A program made the translations under genes and the position numbers. 64,000 bases of DNA. Origin: an uncultured Solirubrobacterales bacterium (GTDB lineage Bacteria > Actinomycetota > Thermoleophilia > Solirubrobacterales > 70-9). The first letter of the stretch is position 1; every line of letters starts with the position of its first letter. Below, one piece after another: positions 19,136 through 28,558 of the stretch. The notes under the pieces were generated by a model. The model had not been told where the DNA came from. It was given only the letters and a program-made list of their open reading frames with translations, and made no database searches. The stretch is from NCBI GenBank assembly GCA_963717375.1, contig OY970329.1, forward strand, positions 2,748,426 to 2,812,425. Reading direction: 5' to 3'.

Positions 19136-19834
19136 ATGAGCGGCGTAATCCAAGACATTGAGCGAAGTCAGCTGAGGAAGGGTCTCCCTTCCTTTGACGC
19201 TGGCGATCGCGTTCGCGTCCACTTCCAGGTCGTCGAGGGGACCCGCCGCCGTACCCAGGTCTTCGAGGGAATCGTCCTGAAGCGACAGGGCTCGGGCGCG
19301 CGCGAGACCTTCACTGTGCGCAAGCAGTCCTTCGGCGTCGGCGTTGAGCGAACCTTTCCGTTGCACTCGCCGAAGATCGAGAAACTTGAGATCGCGGCCC
19401 GCGGTGCCGTGCGCCGGGCGAAGCTCTACTACCTGCGCGGTCGCATCGGCAAGGCGGCACGCGTCGCCGAGCGGCGCTGGGGGATCGACGAGGAGTTGAT
19501 CTCGGCTCCGACGGCGGCTGCTGAGCCCGAGGCGGTTGACGCCGAGGGGGTCAGCCAGTCCGAGGAAGACGCTCAGGCTGCTCCGGAGGAGGCAAGCGCA
19601 GAGGCGACGACCGACGAGGAGCCAGCGGCTGAGGCCGAGGTGGTTGCTGAGGAGACTGCGGAGGCATCTGAGGAGCCTGCAGAGGCATCAGCGGAGGCGA
19701 GCAGTGAGGTTGCGGAGGGCACGGACGCTGAGGCGGCCGAGGCGGGGGAGACCGAGGACAACGCCGCGGCTGAGGATGCCGAGGACGAGGCGCCGGACGA
19801 GAAGTCCGACGACTCCGGCGGGGACTCGGCCTGA
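19136..19834 (+). CDS. rplS: 50S ribosomal protein L19 with long acidic C-terminal extension
   Basis: The N-terminal ~115 aa align to L19 ([35 protein letters not shown]...[18 protein letters not shown]). The same frame then continues without a stop through an A/E/D-rich tail. 232 aa in total. Confidence 0.85.
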   Translation: MSGVIQDIERSQLRKGLPSFDAGDRVRVHFQVVEGTRRRTQVFEGIVLKRQGSGARETFTVRKQSFGVGVERTFPLHSPKIEKLEIAARGAVRRAKLYYLRGRIGKAARVAERRWGIDEELISAPTAAAEPEAVDAEGVSQSEEDAQAAPEEASAEATTDEEPAAEAEVVAEETAEASEEPAEASAEASSEVAEGTDAEAAEAGETEDNAAAEDAEDEAPDEKSDDSGGDSA

Positions 19835-20451
19835 AACTCTCGATCCCGAAGCCGACAAGTCGAGGCGGCGGGTTCGTAGAGCTGGTCGTCATCGTCGCGC
19901 TGGCGCTGGGCCTGGCGCTCGCGATCCAGGCTTGGCTGATCAAGCCGTACCAGATCCCCTCGCAGTCGATGGAACCGACCCTGGACGTCGGTCAGCGGGT
20001 TCTCGTCAACCGCTTCCTCTACCACTTCACCGACCCGAAGATCGGCGACATCATCGTCTTCCATCCGCCCGCTGGCGCCGACAACGGCACCGAATGCGGC
20101 GCCCCGCACAGCGAACGCGAGGCCTGCCCGAAGCCGACCCCCGGGGAGTCGAGCCAGAACTTCATCAAGCGGATCGTCGCCGGCCCCGGTGACACGCTCA
20201 GCGTCCGCGACGGGCACCCCGTCGTCAACGGGGTCGAGAAGAGCGAAGAGTCCTACATCCGGCCCTGCGGAACGGCCGTCGTCTGCAATTTGCCGAAGGC
20301 GATCAAGATTCCACCCGGCTACTACTTCATGATGGGCGACAACCGTGGCGAAAGCGATGACAGCCGCTTCTGGGGACCCATCCCCCGTGGATGGATCATC
20401 GGCAAGGCCTTTGCCACCTACTGGCCGCCTGACCGCGTCGGTCTCCTCTAA
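19831..20451 (+). CDS. lepB: Signal peptidase I (5' end uncertain, non-canonical start required)
   Basis: Catalytic Ser box SQSMEPTL, Lys box [11 protein letters not shown] and box [15 protein letters not shown]. The TM anchor [23 protein letters not shown] and the catalytic Ser lie upstream of the only ATG (19969). Confidence 0.75.
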   Translation: MKLSIPKPTSRGGGFVELVVIVALALGLALAIQAWLIKPYQIPSQSMEPTLDVGQRVLVNRFLYHFTDPKIGDIIVFHPPAGADNGTECGAPHSEREACPKPTPGESSQNFIKRIVAGPGDTLSVRDGHPVVNGVEKSEESYIRPCGTAVVCNLPKAIKIPPGYYFMMGDNRGESDDSRFWGPIPRGWIIGKAFATYWPPDRVGLL

Positions 20452-21130
20452 GCCCCCCGCCAAAGGGAAGGCCCACCAGCGCCGCCTGGTACGGACGCGG
20501 CGGCTCTTCGCCTTCGACCGGGGTCTCGGCAGCCGCCTGGTTGCAGGAGCCGATGAGGCGGGCCGTGGCTGTCTCGCCGGCCCCCTTGTCGCCGCGGCGG
20601 TGCTGATCGACTACGAGGCGCTCTCGCACGCCGACCGGCGCTCCCTCGCCGGCCTCCACGACTCCAAGCAGATGAGCGTCGAGAAGCGGGCTGAGCTCTT
20701 TCCCTGCGTTCTCAGCGCCGCCGCGCGGGTCAGCGTCGTCATCCGCTGCGCTCGCGGGATCGACGACCGCGGCCTGCACGTGACCAACATCGAAGCCCTG
20801 GCCAACGCGCTGGAACGGCTGCGCCCGGAGGCCGGCGCGACGTGCCTGGTCGACGGCTTCTCCCTGCGCAATTGCGCGGTGCCGCATCGTGCTGTGATCG
20901 GGGGCGACGGGAAGAGCGCGGCGATCGCCGCCGCCTCGGTGATCGCCAAGGTCACCCGCGACCGCTACATGCACGGCGCCGCCGACGATCACCCCGGCTG
21001 GGGCTTCGAGGAGCACGTCGGTTACTCGACTCCCGAGCACCGCGAGGCGATCGAGCGGATCGGCATCTCGCCCTTGCACCGGCGCTCGTTCCAGTCGGTG
21101 GCTTATTCCCAGTTGGAGCTGGCCGGCTAG
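20345..21130 (+). CDS. rnhB: Ribonuclease HII
   Basis: Active-site motif AGADEAGRGCLAGPLVAAAV. Start uncertain: in-frame GTG 20345, ATG 20357, GTG 20387 and a later TTG all overlap the lepB 3' end. Confidence 0.85.
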   Translation: MAKAMTAASGDPSPVDGSSARPLPPTGRLTASVSSKPPAKGKAHQRRLVRTRRLFAFDRGLGSRLVAGADEAGRGCLAGPLVAAAVLIDYEALSHADRRSLAGLHDSKQMSVEKRAELFPCVLSAAARVSVVIRCARGIDDRGLHVTNIEALANALERLRPEAGATCLVDGFSLRNCAVPHRAVIGGDGKSAAIAAASVIAKVTRDRYMHGAADDHPGWGFEEHVGYSTPEHREAIERIGISPLHRRSFQSVAYSQLELAG

Positions 21131-21504
21131 AACGCTCCCTCGATGTGCTCGATGTCGATCGCGTTGCCGGCGCGGTCGAAGGTGACGCCGACGGCGTCGA
21201 AGCGGATCTCGGCGTAGTAGGGAGCGTCGGGGCGTTCGCCCATCCAGGCGGTGGCGAGCCGGCGCACGCGCTGCTGCTTGCGCCGGTCGACGCCGAGGAT
21301 CGGGCGCTCGGGGCCGAAGGCGGAGTTCTCGCGGCCGGCCTTGACCTCGACGAAGACCAGGGTGTGGTTGTTGAGGGCGACGATGTCGAGCTCGCCGAAG
21401 CGGGTGCGGGCGTTGCGCTCGAGGATCTCCCAGCCAGACCCGGCCAGGCGGGCGGCGACCAGATCCTCGGCGGCGCGGCCGATCCGCTGTCGTTGCAAGG
21501 TCAT
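21127..21504 (-). CDS. yraN: YraN family (UPF0102) endonuclease-like protein
   Basis: IGRAAEDLVAARL...FGELDIVALNNHTLVFVEVKAGR, the typical YraN pattern. It is on the opposite strand to its usual operon partners rnhB and comM. Its stop shares the CTAG tetranucleotide with the rnhB stop. Confidence 0.8.
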   Translation of the reverse strand: MTLQRQRIGRAAEDLVAARLAGSGWEILERNARTRFGELDIVALNNHTLVFVEVKAGRENSAFGPERPILGVDRRKQQRVRRLATAWMGERPDAPYYAEIRFDAVGVTFDRAGNAIDIEHIEGAF

Positions 21505-21629
21505 CCGGCCCGACCATAGGGCCGATTTCCGGTGTCCACGCCGGTTGCGCGCCTTTCATGCGAGAGGCTGCATTGGCTTGCGCGCAGCTGCGCACCACGC
21601 GTCGGATTCGGCTCCCTAGCGTGGTTTCC

Positions 21630-23126
21630 GTGCTCGCCACAGCGCAGACATTCACGCTCGACGGCATCTCCGCCCGCCCCGTCCGGGTCGAGGTCGACGT
21701 CCACCGCGGCCTGCCTGCCTTCTCCGTCGTCGGCCTTCCCGACGCTGCGGTGCGCGAGGCGCGCGAGCGGGTGCGGGCGGCGCTGGTCAACTGCGGCTTC
21801 GAGTTCCCGCTGCGGCGGATCGTCGCCAACTTGGCGCCGGCCAGCCTGCGCAAGGCCGGACCGGGGATGGACTTGGCGATTGCCGCCGCGCTGCTCACCG
21901 CCTCCGGCCAGCTCGATCTCGAGAAGTTGTCGCGCCTTGCCTTGGTCGGGGAGCTGGCGCTTGACGGCTCGGTGCGCCCGGTGCCGGGCGTGCTGGCGAT
22001 TGCCGAGGCGGCCCGGGAGCGGGGCACCGAGGCGATCGTGGTGCCGGCGGAGAACGGGCCCGAGGCGGCGCTGGCCGGAGATATCGGGGTGATTTGCCTG
22101 GAGAGTCTCGGCCAGCTCGCTGCCCTCGCCGGCGGAGACTGGACGCCGGAGCCGCCCGAGCCGATGCCGCTGGAGCTCAGCACCGGTGATAGTGGTCCGG
22201 ACCTGGCGGACCTCCGCGGCCAGCGACACCTCCGCTACGCGCTCGAGGTCGCCGCGGCCGGCGGCCACAGCCTGCTGATGGTCGGTCCACCCGGGGCCGG
22301 CAAGTCCCTCGCGGCCAGCCGCTTGCCCTCGATCCTGCCGTCGCTGGCTGCCCCCGAGGCATTGGAGGTGGCTCGGATCGCCAGCGCCTGCGGGCGGCTC
22401 GGCGAAGCCGGCACGGGTGGCCGGCCCTTTCGGGCGCCACACCACACGGTCAGCCCGGCCGCCCTGGTCGGTGGCGGCAACCCGCCGAATCCCGGCGAGG
22501 CCACGCTCGCCCACCGCGGTGTCCTCTTCCTCGATGAGCTTTGCGAGTTCCGCCGCGACACGCTGGAGGCACTGCGGGCGCCGCTCGAGACCGGCTGGGT
22601 AGCGATCGCCCGCGCCGGCTCCTGGCGGCACCTGCCGTGCCGCTTCATGCTCGTCGCGGCCGCCAACCCATGTCCCTGCGGGCGCGGCGAGGCCGACCCG
22701 GAGTGCAGCTGTGCGCCGCTGGCGGTGCAGCGCTACCAGGCTCGCCTCAGCGGCGCCCTCGCCGACCGCATCGACGTCCTCGCCGCGATCCGCCAGCCCA
22801 GCGCCGAGGAGATCGGCGGGCCTCCGGGCGAGCCGTCGGCCACGGTCCGCGAGCGGGTCAGCGGAGCCCGTGAGCGCCAGGAAGGCCGCCTCGGGGTGGG
22901 CCGCTGTAACGCCGAGATGACGCCGGGTGAGGTGCGTGAGTGCACGATGGAAACCGCGGCCGCTTCGCTGCTTGCCGATGCTTACTCGCGTCGCCGTCTC
23001 AGCGGGCGCGCCCACGATCGGGTGCTGAGGTTGGCGCAGACGATCGCCGACCTCGCCGGCAGCGGGGCGATCGGGCGCGAGCAGATGGCGCAGGCCCTGC
23101 AACTGCGCCGCAGGGATCAGGAATGA
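21630..23126 (+). CDS. comM: YifB/ComM family Mg-chelatase-like ATPase
   Basis: Walker A MVGPPGAGKS, Walker B GVLFLDEL, and a Lon-like N-domain beginning VLATAQTFTLDGISARPVRVEVD. Start lies between 21558 and 21630. Confidence 0.85.
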   Translation: MLATAQTFTLDGISARPVRVEVDVHRGLPAFSVVGLPDAAVREARERVRAALVNCGFEFPLRRIVANLAPASLRKAGPGMDLAIAAALLTASGQLDLEKLSRLALVGELALDGSVRPVPGVLAIAEAARERGTEAIVVPAENGPEAALAGDIGVICLESLGQLAALAGGDWTPEPPEPMPLELSTGDSGPDLADLRGQRHLRYALEVAAAGGHSLLMVGPPGAGKSLAASRLPSILPSLAAPEALEVARIASACGRLGEAGTGGRPFRAPHHTVSPAALVGGGNPPNPGEATLAHRGVLFLDELCEFRRDTLEALRAPLETGWVAIARAGSWRHLPCRFMLVAAANPCPCGRGEADPECSCAPLAVQRYQARLSGALADRIDVLAAIRQPSAEEIGGPPGEPSATVRERVSGARERQEGRLGVGRCNAEMTPGEVRECTMETAAASLLADAYSRRRLSGRAHDRVLRLAQTIADLAGSGAIGREQMAQALQLRRRDQE

Positions 23127-24238
23127 ACGCGCCAAGCGCCTGCCCCGACTGCCTGCGCCGCGCGCGCCTGCTCGCCCACCTCGCCCCCTACATCGAGAAG
23201 GTCGCGACCGGGGCGCCGGGCTCGCGCTCGCCCGAACTGTTGCGCCTCTCCAACGAGGATCTCGCCGAGGCGGTGGCGCCGAAGATCGCGGAGCAGGTGC
23301 TGTCGCAGGTCGCGGCCGTGCCGGAGAGCCGCCTCGCGGCCGACTTGCTGGCGGCGCGGTGCTGGGCTTGCTGTCGGCACGACCCCCGCTTCCCGGCTGG
23401 GTTGCACGACGCTGTCGACGCCCCCTGGGCCTTGATCGGCCGCGGCGATCCGGCGCTGCTGGAGCGGCTCGAGCCGGAGGCGACGGTGACGATCGTCGGC
23501 GCCAGGCGGGCCACCACCTATGGCCGCGAGGTGGCGCGCGATCTGGGCCGAGACCTGAGCGCTGCCGGCCTGCTCGTCATCAGCGGCCTCGCCTTTGGCA
23601 TCGACGCCTGCGCCCACCGCGGTGCCCTCGACACCGGCACGACCGTTGCCGTCCTCGGCTGCGGTGCGGACGTCGCTTATCCGGCTTCGCACCGCTCGCT
23701 CTGGCGGCGAATCTGCGAATCGGGATTGGTCCTTTCTGAGCTTCCACCCGGAACCGGCGCCTGGCGCTGGACCTTTCCGGCGCGCAACCGGATCATGGCG
23801 GCGCTGGCGGGGATGACCGTGGTCGTCGAGGCCGCCCAGCGCTCCGGCTCGCTGATCACCGCCGACCTCGCCGCCGACCTCGGCCGCGATCTTGGAGCCG
23901 TGCCGGGACCGGTCAACTCGCGCGGTTCAGCCGGCACCAATGACCTGCTCGCCGGTGGCGCTTGCCTGATCCGCGATGCTCAGGACGTGCTTGACGCGAT
24001 GCTTGGTCCCGGCGTCCGCAAGGCCGAGCGCGCTGGGCCAGGGCTGGAGCCTCAGCTGCTCGCCGTGCTCGCCGCAGTCGACGGCGGCGCCCAGACCTGC
24101 GACGCGGTTGCCGCCGGGCTCGACCTCTCGGGCGCTGAGGCCGCCTCGTCCCTGGCGACCCTGGAGGCTCTCGGCTACGTCTCCTGTTCGCTGGTCGGGG
24201 TCTACTCGCGCACTCTGCTGGCGGCGCCGGGTGTCTAG
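23123..24238 (+). CDS. dprA: DNA-processing protein DprA
   Basis: DprA Rossmann core IVGARRATTYGREVARDLGRDLSAAGLLVISGLAFGIDACAHRGAL. The ATG overlaps the comM stop (ATGA). Confidence 0.85.
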   Translation: MNAPSACPDCLRRARLLAHLAPYIEKVATGAPGSRSPELLRLSNEDLAEAVAPKIAEQVLSQVAAVPESRLAADLLAARCWACCRHDPRFPAGLHDAVDAPWALIGRGDPALLERLEPEATVTIVGARRATTYGREVARDLGRDLSAAGLLVISGLAFGIDACAHRGALDTGTTVAVLGCGADVAYPASHRSLWRRICESGLVLSELPPGTGAWRWTFPARNRIMAALAGMTVVVEAAQRSGSLITADLAADLGRDLGAVPGPVNSRGSAGTNDLLAGGACLIRDAQDVLDAMLGPGVRKAERAGPGLEPQLLAVLAAVDGGAQTCDAVAAGLDLSGAEAASSLATLEALGYVSCSLVGVYSRTLLAAPGV

Positions 24239-24248
24239 GCTGCGCGGC

Positions 24249-25076
24249 GTGAACTCGGACCGCATCCCGGCAGTTCTCTCGATCGCCGGCTCGGACTCTG
24301 GCGGTGGCGCCGGCATCCAGGCCGACCTGAAGGCGTTTGCCCGCTGTGGCGTGCATGGAATGACCGCGATCACGGCGATCACGGCGCAGAGCACGGTCGC
24401 GGTGGAGGCGGTGGAAGCCGTCCCGCCCGAGATGATCCTGGCCCAGGTCGGCGCGGTCGCCGAAGACATTGGCGTCGACGCTGTCAAGGTCGGCATGCTG
24501 GGCACGGCGGAGACGGTCGAGGCGGTCGTCGAGGCGCTTGGCTTCGTCGGTGAAGCCCCCGTGGTGGTCGATCCAGTGATGGTCGCCGAGAGCGGCGCCG
24601 TGCTGCTCGATGACGAAGCGCGGGCGGCGCTGATCGAGCGCCTCCTGCCTCTCGCCACCGTCGTCACGCCCAACATTCCCGAGGCACGGGCGCTGACCGG
24701 GGATGAGGAGCGGGATTCTCAGGAGGACCTCGCACGGGAGGTCCTGGCGCTGGGGCCACACGCCGCCGTTGTCACCGGCGGGCACAGCGAGCGGGTCATC
24801 GACCTCTTCTTCGACGGCCAGGAATCGGCGGAGATCGCCGGCGAGCGCCACCCCGGCGACGCCGCCCACGGCTCTGGCTGCACCCACTCCTCAGCCCTCG
24901 CGGCCTTCCTCGCACTGGGTGAGACGCCCCTCGGGGCTGCGCGCAAAGCCCGCCAGGTCGCCTCGGCTGCGGTCGCCGCGGGCCTGCGCGATTTGGGTGA
25001 GGGCCCCGGCCCTGTCGACGTCTTCAACCTGACGGACCCAGGGTCCACCATGCGGCGTCCTCAGTCGTCCGAATAG
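24249..25076 (+). CDS. thiD: Hydroxymethylpyrimidine/phosphomethylpyrimidine kinase
   Basis: [23 protein letters not shown]-terminal motif and a C-terminal [18 protein letters not shown] 24249 chosen as start. Confidence 0.85.
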   Translation: MNSDRIPAVLSIAGSDSGGGAGIQADLKAFARCGVHGMTAITAITAQSTVAVEAVEAVPPEMILAQVGAVAEDIGVDAVKVGMLGTAETVEAVVEALGFVGEAPVVVDPVMVAESGAVLLDDEARAALIERLLPLATVVTPNIPEARALTGDEERDSQEDLAREVLALGPHAAVVTGGHSERVIDLFFDGQESAEIAGERHPGDAAHGSGCTHSSALAAFLALGETPLGAARKARQVASAAVAAGLRDLGEGPGPVDVFNLTDPGSTMRRPQSSE

Positions 25077-25090
25077 CGCTGCTATTCGGA
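25068..25090 (+). terminator. Hairpin overlapping thiD stop
   Basis: 10-bp perfect stem TCCGAATAGC / GCTATTCGGA with a 3-nt loop. No T-run follows, so terminator function is uncertain. Confidence 0.35.
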
Positions 25091-25143
25091 CTCCCTGCGT
25101 CCTTGCCTGCTGGCCCCTGGGTCGCGTCAGTAGATTTCGGTTG

Positions 25144-26838
25144 ATGAGCTCAAACGGCGCGACCAAGACCAGCCTTCCTCGTCCCCGCTCCAGTGCCGTC
25201 TTCGACGGCCCTGACCGGGCCCACTCGCGCGCCTACATGAAGGGCGTCGGCTACGACGACGACGCGCTGAGCCGGCCGACGATCGGCATCGCCAATACTT
25301 GGGCCGAGGCGAATTCGTGCAACTTCCACCTGCGCGGCCTCGCCGAGCACGTCAAGGAGGGCGTCCGCGCGGCGGGCGGCACGCCGCTGGAGTTCAACAC
25401 CGTCGCGATCTCGGACGGGATCACGATGGGCACTCAGGGGATGAAGGCGTCGCTGGTCAGCCGCGAGGTGATCGCCGACTCGATCGAGCTGATGGCACGC
25501 GGCTACCAGTTCGACGCGATAGTGGCCCTCTGCGCCTGTGACAAGACGATCCCAGGCTGCGCGATGGCGCTCGCTCGCCTTGACGTCCCCTCGGTCGTGC
25601 TCTACGGCGGTTCGATCGCCCCCGGCCACTGGCACGGCCGCGACGTGACGATCCTCGACATCTTCGAGGCGATGGGCGCCCACAACGCCGGCGACATGAC
25701 CGACGAGGAACTGAACGAGCTGGAGGGGGTCGCCAGTCCCGGCGCCGGCGCCTGCGGCGGCCAGTTCACCGCCAACACGATGGCTTGCGCCTTCGAGGCG
25801 CTGGGGATCAGCGCCGGCGGCTCGGCGATGGTGCCGGCCGAAGACAGCGAGAAGGGCACGGTGGCGGAGCGGATCGGCGAGCTGGTGCTCGGCGTGCTGG
25901 TTGATGACGTCAGGCCGAGCAAGGTGATCACCCGCGACTCGCTGGAGAACGCGATCGCCTGCGTCTGCGCCTCGGGCGGATCGACCAACGCGGTCCTGCA
26001 CCTGATCGCGCTCGCCAAGGAGCTCGAGATCGAGCTGACGATGGACGACTTCGAGCGGATCTCGCGGGCCACGCCGCTCTTCGCCGACCTCAAGCCGGGT
26101 GGGCGCTTCGTCGCCACCGACCTCTACGCCGCCGGCGGCGTGCCGGTGATCCTCAAGCGCCTGGCCGAAGCCGGCAGCCTCCACGCCGATGCGATCACGG
26201 TCAGCGGCAAGACAATCGGCGAGGTCGCCGATGAAGCGAGCGAGGCGCCCGGCCAGGAAGTCGTGCGGCCGCTGGCGGATCCGGTCAAGGCCGAAGGCGG
26301 CCTGGCGATCGTGAGAGGAAACGTCGCTCCCGACGGCGCGGTGGTGAAGCTCGCCGGTACCGAGCGGACCCAGCAGACCGGCCCGGCGCGGGTCTTCGAG
26401 TCAGAAGAGGACTGCTACCGCGCGGTCAAGGCCCAGCAGATCAACCCCGGCGACGTCGTAGTGATCCGCAACGAGGGCCCGGTCGGTGGCCCCGGCATGC
26501 GCGAGATGCTCCAGGTCACCGCCGCGATCGTCGGCGAGGGCCTGGGGGAGAGCGTGGCTATGGTCACCGACGGCCGCTTCTCCGGCGCCACCCGCGGCCT
26601 GATGCTCGGCCACGTCTCACCGGAGGCGGCCAGGGGTGGGCCGATAGCGGCGATCCGCGAGGGCGATCAGATCACGGTCGACATCGACGGCCGCCGCCTC
26701 GACGTCGACCTCTCGGACGAGGAGATCGCCAAGCGGGTGGCCGAGCACGAGTCCCCGTCGTCTCCCTTTGGCAAGGGCGTGATGGCCAAGTACGCAGCCA
26801 CCGTGTCGTCGGCGTCTCAGGGCGCTGTCACTGCTTAG
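25144..26838 (+). CDS. ilvD: Dihydroxy-acid dehydratase
   Basis: IlvD/Edd family motifs [11 protein letters not shown] and TDGRFSGAT. 564 aa. Confidence 0.92.
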   Translation: MSSNGATKTSLPRPRSSAVFDGPDRAHSRAYMKGVGYDDDALSRPTIGIANTWAEANSCNFHLRGLAEHVKEGVRAAGGTPLEFNTVAISDGITMGTQGMKASLVSREVIADSIELMARGYQFDAIVALCACDKTIPGCAMALARLDVPSVVLYGGSIAPGHWHGRDVTILDIFEAMGAHNAGDMTDEELNELEGVASPGAGACGGQFTANTMACAFEALGISAGGSAMVPAEDSEKGTVAERIGELVLGVLVDDVRPSKVITRDSLENAIACVCASGGSTNAVLHLIALAKELEIELTMDDFERISRATPLFADLKPGGRFVATDLYAAGGVPVILKRLAEAGSLHADAITVSGKTIGEVADEASEAPGQEVVRPLADPVKAEGGLAIVRGNVAPDGAVVKLAGTERTQQTGPARVFESEEDCYRAVKAQQINPGDVVVIRNEGPVGGPGMREMLQVTAAIVGEGLGESVAMVTDGRFSGATRGLMLGHVSPEAARGGPIAAIREGDQITVDIDGRRLDVDLSDEEIAKRVAEHESPSSPFGKGVMAKYAATVSSASQGAVTA

Positions 26839-27725
26839 GCAGCAAGGAAGTCTTCCAACAGCGCGTTGAAGCGCGCGGGCCGCTCCAACTGCGGCACGTG
26901 ACCCGTGTTCTCGAAGATCTCGAGGCGGGAATGGGGGATGCGGCGGTGATAGCTCTGGGCCGCGATCGCCGGGATCACCCAGTCGTCGGTGCCCCAAACG
27001 ATCATCGTCGGGATCTCGATCTCTTCGAGCCGATCGCGGGCGTCGTATTCGATCACGGCGTCGAGTGAGTCGGCGAACCCCGGGCAGGAAAGACCCGAGG
27101 CCATCTGCTCCCAGAGCAGCTCGGGACGCAGCTGGCCCGGATAGCGGACGAAGAAACGGAACATGGCGTAACGGAAGCGCCGGTGGCTGACGACGAACCG
27201 CGCCGCGGCGCCGAAGTGGGGCCCGAAGGTTTTCCATGCCCGGGAGGTCGCGGTGCCGCGCTGGTGTGGCAGCCAGGTGTTGATGAATCCCGCGGCCGAG
27301 ACCAGGACCAGGCGATCGAAGCGGTCCGGCGCTGAAATCACGGCCTCCGCCGCGACCAGCCCGCCCATCGAGTTGCCGACCAGGGTGGCGCCTTTGCCGA
27401 TCCCGAGCTTCTCGCAAAAATCCTGCAGGAGCCGGCCGTAGGCGGGCATGTCGATCGGCCAGGAGGGCATTGGGCTGGCGCCGAAGCCGGGCAGGTCGAG
27501 CGCGATCGCCCGATGGCTACGGCCGAAGTGGGGGAGGTTTTCGAGCCAGTTCTGCCAGGAGCCCGAGATGCCGTGGACGAAGACGATCGGATCGCCCTCA
27601 CCGATCTCGGCGTAGTTGACCTCACCGCCGGGCAGCTCGACCCGGTGCAGGTGAGGCTGCCAGTCGAGCTTCAGCCAGTCCGGATCCGGGTTGCCGTAGT
27701 CGTCACGCATAGCCCATACGTTCAA
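26835..27725 (-). CDS. Alpha/beta-fold hydrolase
   Basis: HG oxyanion motif VFVHGISGS and nucleophile elbow GNSMGG. 296 aa. Confidence 0.75.
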   Translation of the reverse strand: MNVWAMRDDYGNPDPDWLKLDWQPHLHRVELPGGEVNYAEIGEGDPIVFVHGISGSWQNWLENLPHFGRSHRAIALDLPGFGASPMPSWPIDMPAYGRLLQDFCEKLGIGKGATLVGNSMGGLVAAEAVISAPDRFDRLVLVSAAGFINTWLPHQRGTATSRAWKTFGPHFGAAARFVVSHRRFRYAMFRFFVRYPGQLRPELLWEQMASGLSCPGFADSLDAVIEYDARDRLEEIEIPTMIVWGTDDWVIPAIAAQSYHRRIPHSRLEIFENTGHVPQLERPARFNALLEDFLAA

Positions 27726-28446
27726 GTATGGGTATTTCGCGTATCTGCGGCGGCTGCAGGTGGTCCCAGAGGATCCCGCGCGGGCGCTCGTACTGGCGCT
27801 CGACCTCGATCACCGCTCGGGGGGTGGCGATCACGTCGACCGGCAGGTCGTGAGAGGTCATCATCAGGTGGCTGCGCACGACCTGGGTCGGGTGGACCGT
27901 CGTCGCCACCGTGGTGTGCGCGTCGATCTTGCCGGCGTCGATCAGGATCCCGTACTCGAGGTCGGAGTAGCCGCCACCCTTGCCGACCCGGGCGCCGCTG
28001 AGGTTTACCGCGACCGAGCCGCAGAGCACGAAGTCGATCTCGGGCAGTTCGTCGAGGGCGATCACGCGACCGTGTTTGAGCGCACCCTTGATCGTCGCCG
28101 CCTCTTTCACCGCCCGCTTCGACAGCTTCTTCGGGTCGAGGACGCGGAAGGGGTGGGGATCGCGCAGGCGCGGCACCGCCATGATCACGACCTTGCCCTC
28201 CTCGAGGGCGATGCGGCGGGCGTAGGTCTGCGGTGAGTCGGGGTTGGCCTTAATCACCCTGGCGCGCTTCCAGAGTCGCTGACCAGCGAGCTTCTCTGCA
28301 GCCAGCTTCGCCCCGGCGAAGTTGGGGATCCGTCCCTCGGCACCGGGAAAGCGGGACACGCCGGCGCGGTCCATCGCCTTCCAAACCTCCTTGCGGACAT
28401 CGTCCTTGGAGCGCACCCGGGGAAAGATATCCGCCCCGGCCGTCAC
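27703..28446 (-). CDS. 5-formyltetrahydrofolate cyclo-ligase family protein
   Basis: Family motif ARVGKGGGYSDLEYGIL. 247 aa. Confidence 0.7.
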   Translation of the reverse strand: MTAGADIFPRVRSKDDVRKEVWKAMDRAGVSRFPGAEGRIPNFAGAKLAAEKLAGQRLWKRARVIKANPDSPQTYARRIALEEGKVVIMAVPRLRDPHPFRVLDPKKLSKRAVKEAATIKGALKHGRVIALDELPEIDFVLCGSVAVNLSGARVGKGGGYSDLEYGILIDAGKIDAHTTVATTVHPTQVVRSHLMMTSHDLPVDVIATPRAVIEVERQYERPRGILWDHLQPPQIREIPILERMGYA

Positions 28447-28558
28447 CCTGCCGAATGCGGATTTGCAGGGAAGGACGCTGATTTAGCCGAATGATCCATA
28501 TGCATACACTCTTCGCAGGTCAATTTGCGGTTCAGCCGATGATGGGTTCTGGGAAAAG

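Noticed and set aside
19536-20192. A 218-aa ORF spanning the L19 tail and the lepB 5' region, considered as a possible real gene explaining the missing lepB start.
   Set aside because: Its translation is an R/P-rich out-of-frame reading of the acidic tail and of lepB. It has no motifs and contradicts two well-supported frames.
21127-21130. Shared CTAG stop overlaps between convergent genes (rnhB/yraN here, and the VOC gene with the small ORF at 34912-34915) as a possible functional signal.
   Set aside because: CTAG is its own reverse complement and contains TAG on both strands. The overlap is therefore a trivial consequence of tight convergent packing.
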